Source: the human T2T-CHM13v2.0 reference genome, Homo sapiens. Taken from it: a DNA stretch of 64,000 nt. The notes beneath the pieces were generated by a model, which saw only the letters and a program-made list of their open reading frames with translations, made no database searches and was not told where the DNA came from. The stretch lies in assembly GCF_009914755.1 (NCBI RefSeq), contig NC_060928.1. One strand, 5' to 3'. Made by a program: the position numbers and the translations under genes. Within the stretch, counting starts at the first letter, position 1. Each line of letters begins with the position of its first letter. Below are positions 13,451 through 29,920 of this stretch, piece by piece.

Positions 13451-14209
13451 ATAGCTCCATCACATTCTATCTTAATGCTGATGAGTCTGTCTTAATACTA
13501 AAATATAAGCTCTTCGAGGAAAAGATTTTTTTCCCCAGAAACTAAAATAGATCCAAGAACAAGTATCTTTCATAATTATTGTTTTCATTTTAATAAATTA
13601 TATTAGTTATTGTACATGGGATATAACGAGTGGTTTTTCTTTAACCTAGAAAGAAAAGCACCGAAGATATAACTAGTAAACGTCTGATTCTATTCTTCTT
13701 TAAAAGAAGTTAGAAATAAGAATAGTATGAGCCTTTTTAAACATGTTTTGGGAAACTGGGGTATTATCTGTAAAAGTAAATTACAGTTGCACCAAGGTTT
13801 TTATCTACTCTGGACATTTGGCTTGAGGATTATCCTTCCATCCTTTCACGTGTGAAATTGAAGGTTTCCTTTTGGTTGTGTAAGAAAGTTCAATACCTTA
13901 GCATCACACTCTAACAGGGCAATGAAGCTGTAATCCTGCCAGTCTCCTTTCCGTATCTAAATGGTTATTAGTTTATCATGTGTTTAGTTATCCAGGGACG
14001 TACATGACAATCTCTTTCTTATGTCTCTACAGTTAATAATACGTTTAAAATCATATGTATAATTTATCCATCTGTTCTAAGGCAAGCATTATGAATTAGA
14101 AGGCTGTAGCACCTCTTACCACTGCAAATACTAACTCACTAGAAAGGAACATTAAAATCACCAGATGCTTTTGACATAGTCAAAACCCTTTAATCCTCAA
14201 ATCTTAAGC

Positions 14210-14700
14210 TCATAAGATATGAGATAAAAGAGATTTTTAAAACCATTCAGTCCAAGAAGTAATGAGACACTAGAATTCCTCTTGATCATTCAGCAAGGCA
14301 TTGCCCATCCTTGCACTGTGGTTCTCCCCAGGAGACACCTGGGGGAGAGAAACAGGTAAGTCCCGACATCCTACTTCAGCCACAGCAACTCCCCCTTTTT
14401 CATAAACAGAACTTCTAAGTAAGTTTTCACTTAAACAAGTAGATGTGAAGATTAATTGGAGAAAATTGTTGAAAACCAATGCTTAAGTGAAAAACACTTA
14501 AACCATATTCAGGTGATATTCTTCCTTATAATTCTATGGAATTTTTTCTTCTGGTTCTACCACTGATTTTACTTGACTCAAGAGGCCATAAGGAACAGCA
14601 GACTTACTCTCTCCTCTTGACAGCTTTCTGTTTTTCCACTTTGAAGTATTTCAGGAGTTGTTGTCATGTTCCCTATAATCAGATTTCAGCTTATTTTCCT
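14210..14700 (-). mobile_element. L3/CR1-like remnant
   Basis: CATTCAGTCCAA start and TTTGAAGTATTTCAGGAGTTGTTGTCATGTTCCC resemble the antisense CR1/L3 3' region; very diverged. Confidence 0.35.
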
Positions 14701-14829
14701 CAGGCTCCTCCTTTATTCAACTTTAACTAGTACTTATTTTTCTTATGGTACAGGTTATGGAATAAGGAGGGGGTGACTTTTATTTGGTGGATTTGCAGTC
14801 TAGCTGTTCTACTGTGCTTCTTCCCAGTT

Positions 14830-15150
14830 TTTTAAAATAGGCTTTTTAAAACTTTTTTCAGTACTTTATTTCCATACGGTAAACTACCCCAATCTTCACA
14901 CAGCTCTATGATTTTTTGCACATATATATAAACACTTGTGAGGCCACCACACAAATCAAGATGTAGAGCAGTTCAGTCCACCCAACTACTTCATGTGTGC
15001 CTTTCCAGTCAATATAACTCTCCATGGAATCGTTATTACGACTTATATTACCTATACTTATGCTTCTTATCTATGAGATCATACATTTGTCCCTGTTTGT
15101 CTCACCTTTTTAGCTTAACAAAATATTTTTAAGTTTGCTCAAGGTTGTTA
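14830..15150 (-). mobile_element. Old L1ME-type 3' fragment
   Basis: CTTGTGAGGCCACCACACAAATCAAGATGTAGAGCA...CCTTTCCAGTCAAT antisense L1M motif. Confidence 0.6.
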
Positions 15151-16049
15151 AAGCATAGTACTTAAAACTGAACAGAAAGTTCAAGGTGAATTCTAAAACA
15201 TCCACAATGATGGGTTAGCACTTTCTTTGCTCTGGGTGGGAGTTCACCCTCAAATCCTTGCAGTCATGTGACCTGAATATGTGAAATTATGCATTTGTGA
15301 GGACCATAGATATAAGATATTTTGGAGTGATAGGGACCAAACTAGAGAGAAATTTTTATCTCACCCCCAAAAAGCATTCAAGGCAATTCAGAAAGGAAAG
15401 AAAAAGAAATGTGATAAATGATTCTATGCTTCCCTTGAAAAACCAGTCTTCTTGTCCTATTAGCCAACAATCTTGCTTAGCTTCCTCTCTTCCAGATTTT
15501 GTGCTGTTAAGAAATAGTACAGATATCTCCTCTTTTTTAGTAACCATATTATACTTTCCCTAATGTTGAAACATAAGGTCTTAAAAGAATTCAATCTCTG
15601 AATAGCATGTAATAATCCAGGAAGTCACACAGACCCTTATCTAAATTTATCCAGGCTTTCTATTTTCCATATTTCAGGATTAGTGGCATCTTGTAGTACC
15701 TCCTTCTTCCTCTGCTGATTGACCGTCTGAGTCCCAGAATTTTTATTAAACACCTCTGTTTTCCATCTGCTGGTTTCAAGTGCCATTAGATGTGATAGGC
15801 ATGCAAATGACAGAAAGGGTGGCAGAGCACACCTTGTTTCCCTTCCTCCTCCATTTGTTAAAAGAACCATTTTCACTCCTTTCTTCAAGAGGATATTAAT
15901 CAAAAGCCCTCATATTTGCAAGTTGTGTTATCAATGGATTCTCCCACTATTTCTACTAATTGTGGTGTTTTTTGGCCATGAAGTCATTTCTTCCTTTCTT
16001 GAAATATTTTAGCTGTGATTCATTGACAGTGCCTTTGAGAATGTATTTG

Positions 16050-17067
16050 CTACATTTTCTGGTAATTTCAATATTTACAATAATCATCTTTATAATACCC
16101 TTCAATGCAGTGGTCTCTCAGTCCCTTGACCTCTGTCCTCCAGATGACTATGACTTCCACTCACCTTCAGGCAATCATATGGTCATGCTTTCAGTATAGA
16201 TCTTGTCATTTTCTGTAACTGCAAACCTCATATAACCTCACTTTCATTATCCAGCTCCTACTTCTCAGCTTATTTCATGTAGTACTCTGATTCCAATAAT
16301 ACTTGGTCCCACTACAACCTAGAATCCATCAATTCTAACATTTTTGCACAGCCCCTTATCTCCAATCATGTCCCCACTCCCATATTTCCTTGTTTAAATT
16401 CTTCAATTCATCATTATATATTATTGTTTTCATACATCCTCAACCGTTATGACCTTCCCTCAATTAATAGTATATGCCCTTGACAAAACTCTAGCATTTG
16501 TTAAATCTTACTTTTTGCTTACTCTGTACCTCTGTCAGTGCAGTTAAAAGTGACTAGAAAAAAATTCACAACCATGTTGACAGGTCTCATTTAAAATTTA
16601 TGATCAGTAACCTCAAATGAGACATTAGTGTTGCCTGGAATTAGGCCACCACTCTTTCCTTCTCCTTTACCTCTACATTATACCTTCTCTTTTCTCCTCA
16701 TACTTCTCGACTTACCCACACTTACTTTTAGGTTATAACCTTGCTTGATAATTCTCTGAGAAAATAAAGGGGGCTCAGACAAGAATTTCTGCATGTTCCC
16801 ACATCCATCCCTTACCTACATCTGCATTCATCTACTTCTTTTCTATGCCTATGAATGAATATCCGTCCTTCTAACTAGGGCAAAGCCTTCCTCTTTACCT
16901 CTCGAGGACACTACATTTGCAAATCTCTCCTCTCTCTCATTGTTATAAATATTTCCCTCCATACTGGATCATTTCTATCATTATACTAACATGCTTTTAT
17001 AATTCCTAATTTTAAAAACCTTCTCTTGATAACACTTCATCCTCCAGCTACCCATTTCTCTCTCCCC

Positions 17068-17106
<39 letters not shown>

Positions 17107-17650
17107 CTCACATTCTTTCTGTTTTTCTCAACTTACCCCAATCAGGCTTTTGCTCCAATATTCCACAAAGACTGTTCATGTCAAGATCACCAGTGACCCC
17201 CCACATTATTAAACATAGTACCTAATTCTCACTCATGTCTTATTTGAACTGTAAGCAGCATTTGATACAGATTAGTCCACCATCCTAGGAACACATTTTT
17301 CAGTTGACTTCATACACACAAACTCTACTTACATTCGTCATGACTCGCTGGTTGTTATGTCTTACTCTTCTTTGCTGGTTCTTCTCCCTAAGGTTTTGCT
17401 ATTGTCACTCTCCAAGGCTCAGTTGTTGATCATCTTCTCTTTTCATTTATACTTCTTTATTGGTTCTATCTAGTTGATGGCTTGAAATACCATGTAAACT
17501 CAATGATTCCAAAATTTTTATGTTCAACCCTGACCATTCTCCTAAACTTCAGAATGTTTTTTCAATTATCTACACCTCCATCTGGATTTCTAATATTTAT
17601 ACACATTTAATATATCCAAATTCCTGAATCCCTTGTCCAAATCAATCCAA
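16050..17650 (+). mobile_element. Long L2 remnant (ORF2-derived region to near 3' end)
   Basis: Pyrimidine-rich L2 motifs: CAATCAGGCTTTTGCTCC, GTCAAGATCACCAGTGACC, GCAGCATTTGATACAG, GGCTTGAAATACCAT. Confidence 0.75.
17070..17104. repeat. (CA)n microsatellite, ~17 units
   Basis: Uninterrupted CA run. Confidence 0.98.
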
Positions 17651-17656
17651 ATAGTC

Positions 17657-17874
17657 GATTTTATTTTTAGAGAAGTTTTAGGTTCACATCAATATTGAAT
17701 GGAAAGTTTAGAGATTTCCCGTATACCCTTTGCCCAGTTGGTTTCCCCCATTATCAATGTTTCCCAACAGAGTGGAACATTTGCTAAAATTCACGAACCT
17801 ACATTGGCAAATCATAATCACCCGAAGTCCCTAGTTTACATTAGGGCTCACTCTTGGTGTTGTATGTTCTATGG
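17657..17874 (-). mobile_element. L1MC1-like 3' end, antisense
   Basis: TAGTTTACATTAGGGCTCACTCTTGGTGTTGTA is the reverse complement of the L1MC 3' UTR motif also seen at ~18468-18500. Confidence 0.85.
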
Positions 17875-18688
17875 CAGAACACTGACAACACCAAATGCTG
17901 GTAAGGATGTGGAGCAACAGGAACTCTCATTCATTGCTAGAGGAGTGCAAATGGTACAGCCACTTTGGAAGACAGTTTAGTGGTCTCTTTAAAAACTACA
18001 CATACTCTTAGCATATGATTCAGCTCTTGGTATTTGCCCAAAGGAGTAGAAAACTTACACTCACACAAGAATTTGCAGCTGTGATAGCAGCTTTTTTCAT
18101 AATTACCTAACCTTGGAAAAACCCAAGATGCTCTTCAGTAGGTAAATGGATAAACTATGGTACATCCAAACAATGGAATATTATTCGGTGCTAAAAAGAT
18201 ATGAAATACTGAGCCATGAAAAGACATGGAGGAATCTCAGATACATTTTACCAAGTAAAAGAAGCCGATCTGGAAAGGCTACATACTATATGATTCCAGC
18301 TATATGACATAATGGAAAAGGCAAAACTATGGAGATAGTAAAAAGATATATGGTTGCTGAGGGTTGGGGTATTGGGAGGGTTGACTAGGCAGAACACAGA
18401 AGATTTTTAGGGCAGTGAAAATATTCTGCATGATACTATAATGATGGGTATCTGTCATTATACATTTACAACATCAAGAGTGAACCCTAATGTAAACTCT
18501 AGAAATTGGGTGACTCTGATGTGTCAACGTAGATTCATCAGTTAAAACGAATGTACCACTCTGGTAGAACATGTTGGTAATGGAGGAGGCTATGCATGTG
18601 TAGAGGCAGGAGGTATATGAGAAATCTCTGTACCTTCCTTCTAACTTTGCTGTAAATCTAAAACTGCTTTAAAAATAAAGTCTTAAAA
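17875..18688 (+). mobile_element. L1MC1-like 3' fragment
   Basis: CTGACAACACCAAATGCTGGTAAGGATGTGGAGCAACAGGAACTCTCATTCATTGC ... GTAAATCTAAAACTGCTTTAAAAATAAAG. Confidence 0.88.
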
Positions 18689-19216
18689 ATTGTTATGGAT
18701 TTCTTTCTTACTGATTCATAAAAGCTTTTATATAGAAATTAGGCCTTTTTATGATATAACTATAAAATTTTTTATCAATTTGTCTTTTACTGTTAGCTTA
18801 TTATAATTCATTAAGTTTTATCTTTTTGTGTATTTATTAATGTATTTAATAGTTGTAGAGTGTTGAGTCATATTTAGAAATAACTTCCCATTCTAAGGTT
18901 CAAAAATATTTCCAAATTTTTTCTCATATTTTATGTTTTCTTCATTAAATTAAACATCTCTTCCAACCTAATTTGTTTTTATATAAGGTATGATGTTAGA
19001 ATTCAAATTTGTTTTTGCTCCAGCTGGCTACACACATACCAATGTCATTTATTCAACTATCCATCTATTTCACTAAAGGTACTATCTTCAATACTACCTT
19101 TACCATATCCAAATATACACTCATTGATATCCAAACAGTAATATTGTCCATCAGTCAGTGACATATTATTTTCATTGCTATAGTTATTATTATTTCTGTA
19201 CATCAAGAAATATTGG

Positions 19217-20112
19217 ACAGTTAATCTTTATTATTCATAGATTCCATGTTTCCAGATTCACCTATTCTTTAAAATTTATCTGTAATTTCAATCAATACTC
19301 AATGCTTTCGTGGTCATTCACAGAATTAAGCATGCACAGAGCAGTGACCCAGCTGAGGCCCAACAAGATGCTGCTCTGGTTTTTTCAGCTCTCATGCCTT
19401 AAGTGTTCTTTATGTGGTTTATTTACTACCACATTTTTGCATTTTTGTGCTGTTTGCTGATGATTTTGCTGTTTAAAATGGCCTCCAAGCAGAGTGCTAA
19501 AATGCTGTCTTATATTCCTAAGCACAAAGAAGGCTGTGCTGGGCTTAATGAGAGAAAAATCCGTGTTTTAGATAAATTTCGTTCAGGCATGTGTTAGAAT
19601 ATGATTGTCCCTAAGTTTAATGTTGGTGAATCAACAATACATACATCCAGAAAAAGAAAGAGGAAATTTGCTAATCTGTACATGAAACTACCCCAGCAAG
19701 TGCTACAGTAACGTGTATGGTGTATGAGGGAGCTAGGGAAGACGTGGAAATGTGGCTCAATTTGTAGTTTCATGAGATAAGAATTGATTTTTTTTAAGTG
19801 TAGTTGATAGTATTGTTGCAAAGCTGAAAGCCAAAGAAATTTCCAGTCACATTATCCAGCATCAGGGAAATGATAGACCCTTCTCTGCTAGTTTTTATTA
19901 CAACAAAATCCATATATAATTAGTTATTTATAAGAAATATATATTAAATAATGCATTTTTAAACACATATGAAACAAGGTTATGTGTTCATCAGTTGATG
20001 AAGATGTTTTGATCAAAAGGTCGCAGGATCCTAACCTTGTATTTCCCCTTGGAACATTGACTCAGTATTCACTGATTCAGTGTTGACAGCAACTTTGTAG
20101 GTCACAACTACT
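19217..20112 (+). mobile_element. MER6 (TcMar-Tigger non-autonomous DNA transposon)
   Basis: CAGTTAATCTTTATTATTC start, CCCAGCTGAGG, GCTGTTTAAAATGGCCTCCAAGC...GTGTTTTAGATAAATTTCGTTCAGGCATG and CCTAACCTTGTATTTCCCCT end match the recalled MER6 consensus; right TIR eroded. Confidence 0.8.
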
Positions 20113-20825
20113 ATGTCCCACTCTGAGTTTTCTCACTTCTCTGTTGCCTTTGGAACTGTCTCATTCTCATATTTAAGTTCTGGGATATTGCTGGTGATCA
20201 TCTCGATCACCTGTATATTTGTTTCTCACTTCTTCTGGGGGGAGTGAAGCCAGCTTGCTTCTGCAGCACCATATTGAAACCAGAAGTAAGAACAATATTA
20301 ATGTGAAAAGCAAGAATCATTTGTACTTAAATTTTATAAATAATGCTCAATAAGTATTTAGACTATACTTATGGAAATAATCTGTATGTTAGATAAATTT
20401 TTTTACTTTTGTAATTCCTTACTCTTATAAAAAAAGGATTTCTTAGTCTTGTAGCCTTTAAACTCAACAAGAAAGGACAACAAGAAAATTAAATGCTCTA
20501 TCCCATCAGCTTATGTCGTATTCCGCTCATGCCTTGCTTACTCTAAAGTGAGACTATAGTCAGAAAATGAGTCCATCCATTCAGTTACCGATATATTTCA
20601 AGGCTTTTCTGTAAGTTAAGCACTGCACTTGTTACTTGGAATGCAAATATCAGTATGATGTGCTATTTGCCATTAAGATCTAGCAAAAATTGTTATTTCA
20701 ATTGATGGCAGGGAATTTCAAAATAACATACGTATTTTTAATGAGAGAAAAAAATACCAATAACATTAAAGCAAATAGAGATGATATCACAAGGAAGCTT
20801 TGCAAGCTACTGAGTTTTCTAATAG

Positions 20826-21357
<532 letters not shown>

Positions 21358-21379
21358 TGATCCATATATATTAACAATT

Positions 21380-21570
21380 AAGTAGCTAAACTTATTTAGT
21401 ACTTAATACATAAAAAATCCTGTTCTTGGCTTTCTTGTATTCATTACAATACCCTAATAAAGTAGTAATATTATAGCCCCTTTTTATATGTGAGAGATAT
21501 GACTGAGAACACAGGTGATATATGAAAAACAAGGTTTACTATGAAGTCCAAACAATTTTTACTTTACTAC
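21380..21570 (-). mobile_element. MIR remnant
   Basis: ACAATACCCTAATAAAGTAGTAATATTATAGCCCCTTTTTATATGTGAG resembles antisense MIR core. Confidence 0.5.
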
Positions 21571-21739
21571 TTATGTGATATCAGTAGCATCAAATGTTTT
21601 ATGCTATTTTTAGTATTGGGGGAAATAATCTGGTAAAAGCTATTAAAATTTAAAAATATGTTTATCTTTCAACACAGAAAACTGAAAACCTATATATATG
21701 GGATCTTTATAAGGACACTTATTCCCTCCAAGGAAAGGT

Positions 21740-22010
21740 GTGGCCCGGATGTTGGGAAACTAGATAAGGACCTTGAACTTTACCCAGCAAATCCTAGAGA
21801 ACCTTTAGGATGCTTTGAGGTAGTGAAGTGGCCTAGCATAATTGAATTTTAGATAAATCACCTTGGTGGCTATGTGGTAGCAGATTTTAGAGGGACAAAA
21901 CCAGTTAGAAGGCTGCTTTGGTAATCGAGGCAAGAGCCAGTAAGAGACAATCAGTGAGTTCAGACAGTGGTAGTGGAGATGGTGAGAGAGAGAAAGAGAT
22001 TAGTCTGGAG
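21740..22010 (-). mobile_element. L2 fragment
   Basis: TTTAGATAAATCACCTTGGTGGCTATGTGG...ACCAGTTAGAAGGCTGCT...GTGGTAGTGGAGATGG. Confidence 0.65.
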
Positions 22011-23799
22011 TATATAGACTGAAGGTTTTAAGACTAACACACTGAATTGGAGTGCTTGGGCGTAATTTGTGAAATGCTAGATGATTGACTGTTTAGGTTA
22101 TGACTTCTCAGTTCAAACCATCTTTTATGCCTTAAGTGATCTAACGGTCTACATTCTACAAAGAAGGCAAACTAAGGAAAACACTGTTTGTTGGCCCCAA
22201 TGTTGATGCCAGTCTAAAAATGATGTATTTATTGTGCTGCTTCGTGATTCCCTTGTTTCCAACTCTTTGCTATCAATAATTATCTAAGGTAGGCCCGTGA
22301 CTGTGGCCCCCAACATCCTGTCTAGAAATTTGAAGAAGGGCCAATGACTTTTTGTAAATTGGTTGTTTGAGAGCTGGACTGTCTGTTTTGCAGCATGTAG
22401 TTTGAAGCTATAAAACATAGATACTTCCATGCCTCAGACCTTGTTATTTCTAGGAAAGAAAAATGAGAACAGTACCTTTGATTGTAATATTTTTTCAAAA
22501 GTTGCTGTGCCATGATATGTCTCGTAGGTTTCAGAAGACAAACCATTATGAAAAAAATTTGTTGAAAAAGCATGAGAAAGAAGATAATAATATGATAAGC
22601 TATTCCATAGAGTTTTCCAGTGAGCTAGAGAAATTAGGCAGCAAAATACCTCATCCAATCCTTCCACATCAGCAAATTGAATCCTTAATAGCTTCTATGT
22701 TCTTAAATCCTGAACACATTTATTAGGAGAGTTTTAGAATGAGGAAAAAAAAACTGAAGTAAGGACACCAATTATCCACCTTCCTAACCTTCATCCTTGG
22801 TCCCAAGCCAGGATATTCTCGATGTCCTAGAGTCTGAACTCAAGGTAGATGTGGCTGAGAATGCAGCCATGACTGTAACTCTGTCATTAAGCTATGAATT
22901 TAGGGAAAAGCCAACAAGTTGATTAAGTCATAAAACATCATCAAAATTAGCAAGAGGCAAGCCAAAAAAGCCCCAGCCTATAACCAGGGCACTATTCCTC
23001 AGAGAACTTTTTGTCCCACTAGAGACATGAGAAGTTAGGACCTCCTGCTCACTGGTTTCCCCCACCGCCCACTGAATTATCAGCATCCGTAGCCACAGCT
23101 CATTTTAATTCTTGCATTTATGATAAAGCTATGTCATTACAAGAAGGTTCCCATTTCCAAATAATTTAAATGATTTATCTTGCCTGGTGACTTGAAGTTT
23201 ATCAACTTAAAATTGAAATAATAGAAGAAAAAACTGCAGATGAGAACATTTTATCACTTTATTATTCAAAATAGTACATTCTGAACCTAAACATATTTAA
23301 CTATCTCATGTTTTGCACTTCCCAAAAAAGATAAGTAAAATATTTTTAAAGAAACCATTGATAGGCAGATAGACAGACAGACATACACGCACACATGCAC
23401 ACACAATCATTAGCATAAAACTGTCTTTGTAGAGACAAAATTAATTGAATAGATGTAACTGAAAAGTTGGCTTTTTATTCTTTTATGAGCCTTCTATTTG
23501 GAAGATCAACTTATTAAGTAAATGCCTTTCTTTCCTAAAACAATTATGGTAGAGAGAGTTCTTTCTCTTCACCTATGTAAAATGATTATTTTTTACTGAG
23601 AGCTAATTATGTCAGTTTCTTATTCTTTCCCTAGTGAATTGTAAATTATTTGAATGTATGAGTGTGTTTTCTCTCTTCCTCCTTTGTTATTCATTGAGAA
23701 GATGGTGAATAAATTTTTTGTCAGAAAAGGTATAAAAATATAAATTAAGAAAAGAGAAGAAGATGGCTAAATGCATGCTTAGTACTATTATTCTAATGC

Positions 23800-24580
23800 C
23801 TTCATTAAACCAGCAGACACTTGCTGAGTACCTGTCCTGTGCCAATACTGGGATATAAAATGAAACAAGACGTTATCCCTACCCTCAAGTTCAATGTAGA
23901 AGACATTAAATAAGTCAAAATTTTAATCAGGTGTGATACATCCTATCAAAATAAAAACAAAAGCAGCAGGTGTAATAATATAATAAAATCCTGAATTCTA
24001 ATGTACCAAAAATTTATCCACATTTAATTATTTGATATACATAATCTCACTTTATCTTAATATTATCCCAAAGAAGTAGGTATTACCATCTTAATTTGAT
24101 AGGAAGATAATAGATATAAGAGGCACCTTTATGACGATCACAGAGCTTTAAGGTGGCAGAATTAGAATTTGAGTCCAGATCTGTGTCTCCAAAACTAAGA
24201 TTCTAAATAGAAATCTGTGCTCCTTATGAATAATAATTTTTAAAAATACATTGAGATTGCCCTTAGAAATCAGACAAGAGGCATTTGAAACTGACTAGAA
24301 AGTCACAGAATATATTACAGAGGAGGAGATTTGAACTGACCCATTCATGAAGGACTACTAGGAATTAACTAGGTGAAATGAAATGGCCACAGTGGGGTGG
24401 TTTTCTAGGCACAGTTTGCAGCATATATAAAAGTTTCATCATAAAGCCCATGCTAAATCTTGCAAGAAACAAGTGTTTTTTTTCTGGCTTACTAGAAGGC
24501 TTTATATGACAGAGTGTGTAGGAAGCTAGAAATGGAGTCATAGGCCTCATGGACCTCACCATATGATGAAAACGATAGAG
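23800..24580 (-). mobile_element. L2 3' fragment with nested MIR (~23975-24225)
   Basis: TTCATT...CTTGCTGAGTACCTGTCCTGTGCCA antisense L2 end; GTAGGTATTACCATC...GGTGGCAGAATTAGAATTTGAGTCCAGATCTG MIR. Confidence 0.6.
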
Positions 24581-26859
24581 CTTCATTGTCACAAAAGTAA
24601 AAAGTATTTAAAGCTACATAGTCTTGCTCTCTGAAGTGGAGAGCAGCAACACTCATAGCCTTCATCATGTCCCCTTGAGAGAAGGATAAATCCCAAGCCC
24701 AGGAAGAACCCCTAAACTTTTTGAAGATGTCTATTGTTTTGCAACTGTGGATGATATACTCTGTGCAGGTCTGAATTTCTCTGACTCCTGGATGGTTAAT
24801 ATCTCCAATCCACATGCTATTATTTTTCTCAAAAATATTGCTTTGTGTGAAGTGGCATTTTCTAAATTTACTCATTCCACATATATTCCTACTTGAGGTC
24901 CTGGTAACCCAAAGATTAGTGGGACATAGTTATAAACTTGGAGGATCTTATAGTTTTGTAGAAGAGAAGATAGGTGAAGAGATCATGACAGCAAAATGCT
25001 AAATGTGCTGTAAATAGCATTATAAAAATGAAGCTGTATGACAAGTCAAATAAGCGGTTCAAAGAGCAGGAAAAGAGTCTCCAGAAGAGGCCACATTTGA
25101 GACACTATTTCACAGAAATGTTCTTTCTTTCCTCCCTGCCTGCAGTGCCTTCACTTTGGCCTCTCAGAGTTATTGCTTTATGTATCAGTCTCCCATTATA
25201 TTCTGCCCTCAAAGACTGAGCTGAATCAAATGTCACTCTTCCTGGCTGTGTGGCTTTGCAATTTAAAGGGAGATATATGCATTTGTAAGTCTAATTCACC
25301 TTCACAAGTAGCCACTGCATTTGGCATCGGTTGTAGGTTCAAACTTTACATTTCCCCATACTTACAGAAGGGGTGAAAGAGCAGTATGTATAGAAGCTTC
25401 ATGTAGGTATACCTGGCTTAAAGATAGCAGAGAAGAAGCCCATTTATTATAACAAATATCTTCTAAAAGCATACTATAAATGTAAATGATAGTTTTATGA
25501 AGTAAATGGAGATACTAATGCATTTACGGCCAGTGTCAAGAGTTCAGTGAAAATGGCCCTATACATCGTACTGTCTTGAGTTCAGAAAGTCTCATTATAA
25601 GTAATTTCATAGATATTTCTTTATAAAGACCAGGGAGCATATATACTGCTTAATGTGGGTCAGAGCCTACACTTCATGTAAAGTGCACACAGTATTTATT
25701 ACCAAGACTAGGGTTTTAAAAAAATAAGAGCTTTAGAGGGGAATGCATTTCATTTATATTAAAGGCAAACCTAGACTAAGGAATAAGTTGTCTCCCAAAA
25801 GTTCAATTGCAAGTAAGTTATTTTGAAATAAGAACATATTAACTTAGGAGATTATTATAAAGGGTGGAAATAAATAATACCCAATGTCAAGGTAGGATTT
25901 AAAAATTGAGTTGACTTATTTTTTTAATGTTTCTAAAACATGAATGATAGAATATTAACTCTAGTCACTGCCTTCTTGCTCTAGTCATATGCATGGTTAT
26001 ATTTTCCTAGGGACAATCAGGAATAGAGCCAGCGCTACTGATTCTTCAATTCATGAAGAGATCATTGGTTTAGCATATATGTCAGGAGATTCTGTTGGTT
26101 CTGTGAGATGCTGTGAGTGACAAAGTCCAGAAAACATATTTGTTATATCAAACAGCCTAGATCTTACTTCTGTGGTTTATTCATAAGCACTTTGGAATAG
26201 TGCTTCTCAGCAATCATTTTGATGCTTATTTTCCTTGGAGTTTTGTGTCCATCTTTGGAAATATCTCTAAGATTTCTTTAGAAGTTGACCCAGGTGAGAC
26301 TTCTTTAGATAGCACTCTGGCCTTCAATGTCTTTATTCTGTCATCTTTTATCAATTTACACAATGCTGACTGATTTAGAACATTGACACATCAGAAGTTA
26401 CTCATATTTATAAAGCAGGCTTATTTAAATTCTTAAAATCAGAACAAGAAAAAAGTTCTGGGAAACCAACATCCACACAGTCTACTGTCCCCTCTATTCG
26501 CTATCTGGGGAACGCTAGGAAAAGTTTAGATATTATTGACAACGCTTTTTAGTCTTCTCTAGAAATAGAATTATTTTAAAACTCTGAGAAATCTAGAATC
26601 CATCTGAACTGGAATGATTTGTTTGGTCTTGGGGAGCAGACAAGAAGTTCATAACCATGAAATTATGCAGGCCCTTCTGGAACCTGCTTAAAAGTGGGAG
26701 TTTTTCTGATGCCTTGATTACCTCACCAGGGGCAGAAATTGTTAGGAGTGACAACCTTATAATCTTATTAACTTACCAACACTGGGAAATCAGATCTCAC
26801 TTTACTAAGTATATTCACTTTCCCTTTTAATAAGAAAATAATCTCATATTTTCCTCCTT

Positions 26860-28970
<2,111 letters not shown>

Positions 28971-29615
28971 TGTAGATTCTAGAAACAGGTCTCTATTCTC
29001 TATTGACGATATTAAATTTGCAAGCAAGCATAATTTCTGGAAGGGAAGATTCTCATGGTAATTTAGCCAACACTGTATGTTCCATTTTGTGAGTCATCTA
29101 GATATTGTCTTCTGGGAGATGTACACAGAGCACATGCTTCACATATAATAGGCAAATTTACTAATCCCATTTGTTTCCTGTATTTTGAACGTTACCAGGA
29201 GATATAGTGAAGAATTTGACTACGGGTTTCCCAGAGCAGTCACTAATTCAAACAAATGTTCACATATTAAATTATTTATAATAGTTCTTAGCTCTTAGAG
29301 CAAACCACAAAGACCCATTTAACCTTTATAGTTAAGACCTCAAGTCTCTTAATGGGCAGAAAGTGTTACAAAATATGGGCACTAGGAAGAGATTCTAGAG
29401 GTTGATAGAAAGTGGTAAGGATTAGAGTAGTGAGGAAGAAAAGAGGTTGGGATCTGACTTCTTCAGCTTATACAGATGCAAGATGGGTCAGTGATGCCTA
29501 TAGTATTTGTTTGAAGAAGTGGTTATATATATAGATATAGATATCCTTATTATAAATATTATATGCCTTGCAAGAAAAGTCATCAGCAAACAATTTAAAA
29601 ACATGTATGTAAGTG

Positions 29616-29920
29616 GGCCAGGTGCAGTGGCGCATGCCTGTAATCCCAGCACTTTGGGAGGCCAAGGCTGGAGAATTGCTTGAGGCCAGGAGTTCAAGAC
29701 CAGCCTGGGAAACATGGAGAGACCCAGTCTCCATAAAAATGAAATTAAAAAAATTAGCTGTTTATGGTGGTGTGCACCTGTAGTCCTAGCTGCTCGAGAG
29801 GCTGAGGCAAAAAGGTCTTCTGAGCCCGGGAAGTTGAGGCTGCAATGAACTGTGATTGTACCGCTGCACTCCAGCCTGAGTGACAGAGTAAGACTCTGTC
29901 TCAAAAATAAATAAATAAAA
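29616..29920 (+). mobile_element. AluJ
   Basis: Full dimer with TTGCTTGAGGCCAGGAGTTC and GAGGCTGCA J-type features; (TAAA)n tail. Confidence 0.93.

Noticed and set aside
22130-22750. Overlapping 77-87 aa ORFs in non-repetitive DNA as a processed pseudogene
   Set aside because: No recognisable protein similarity, poly-A tail or TSD.
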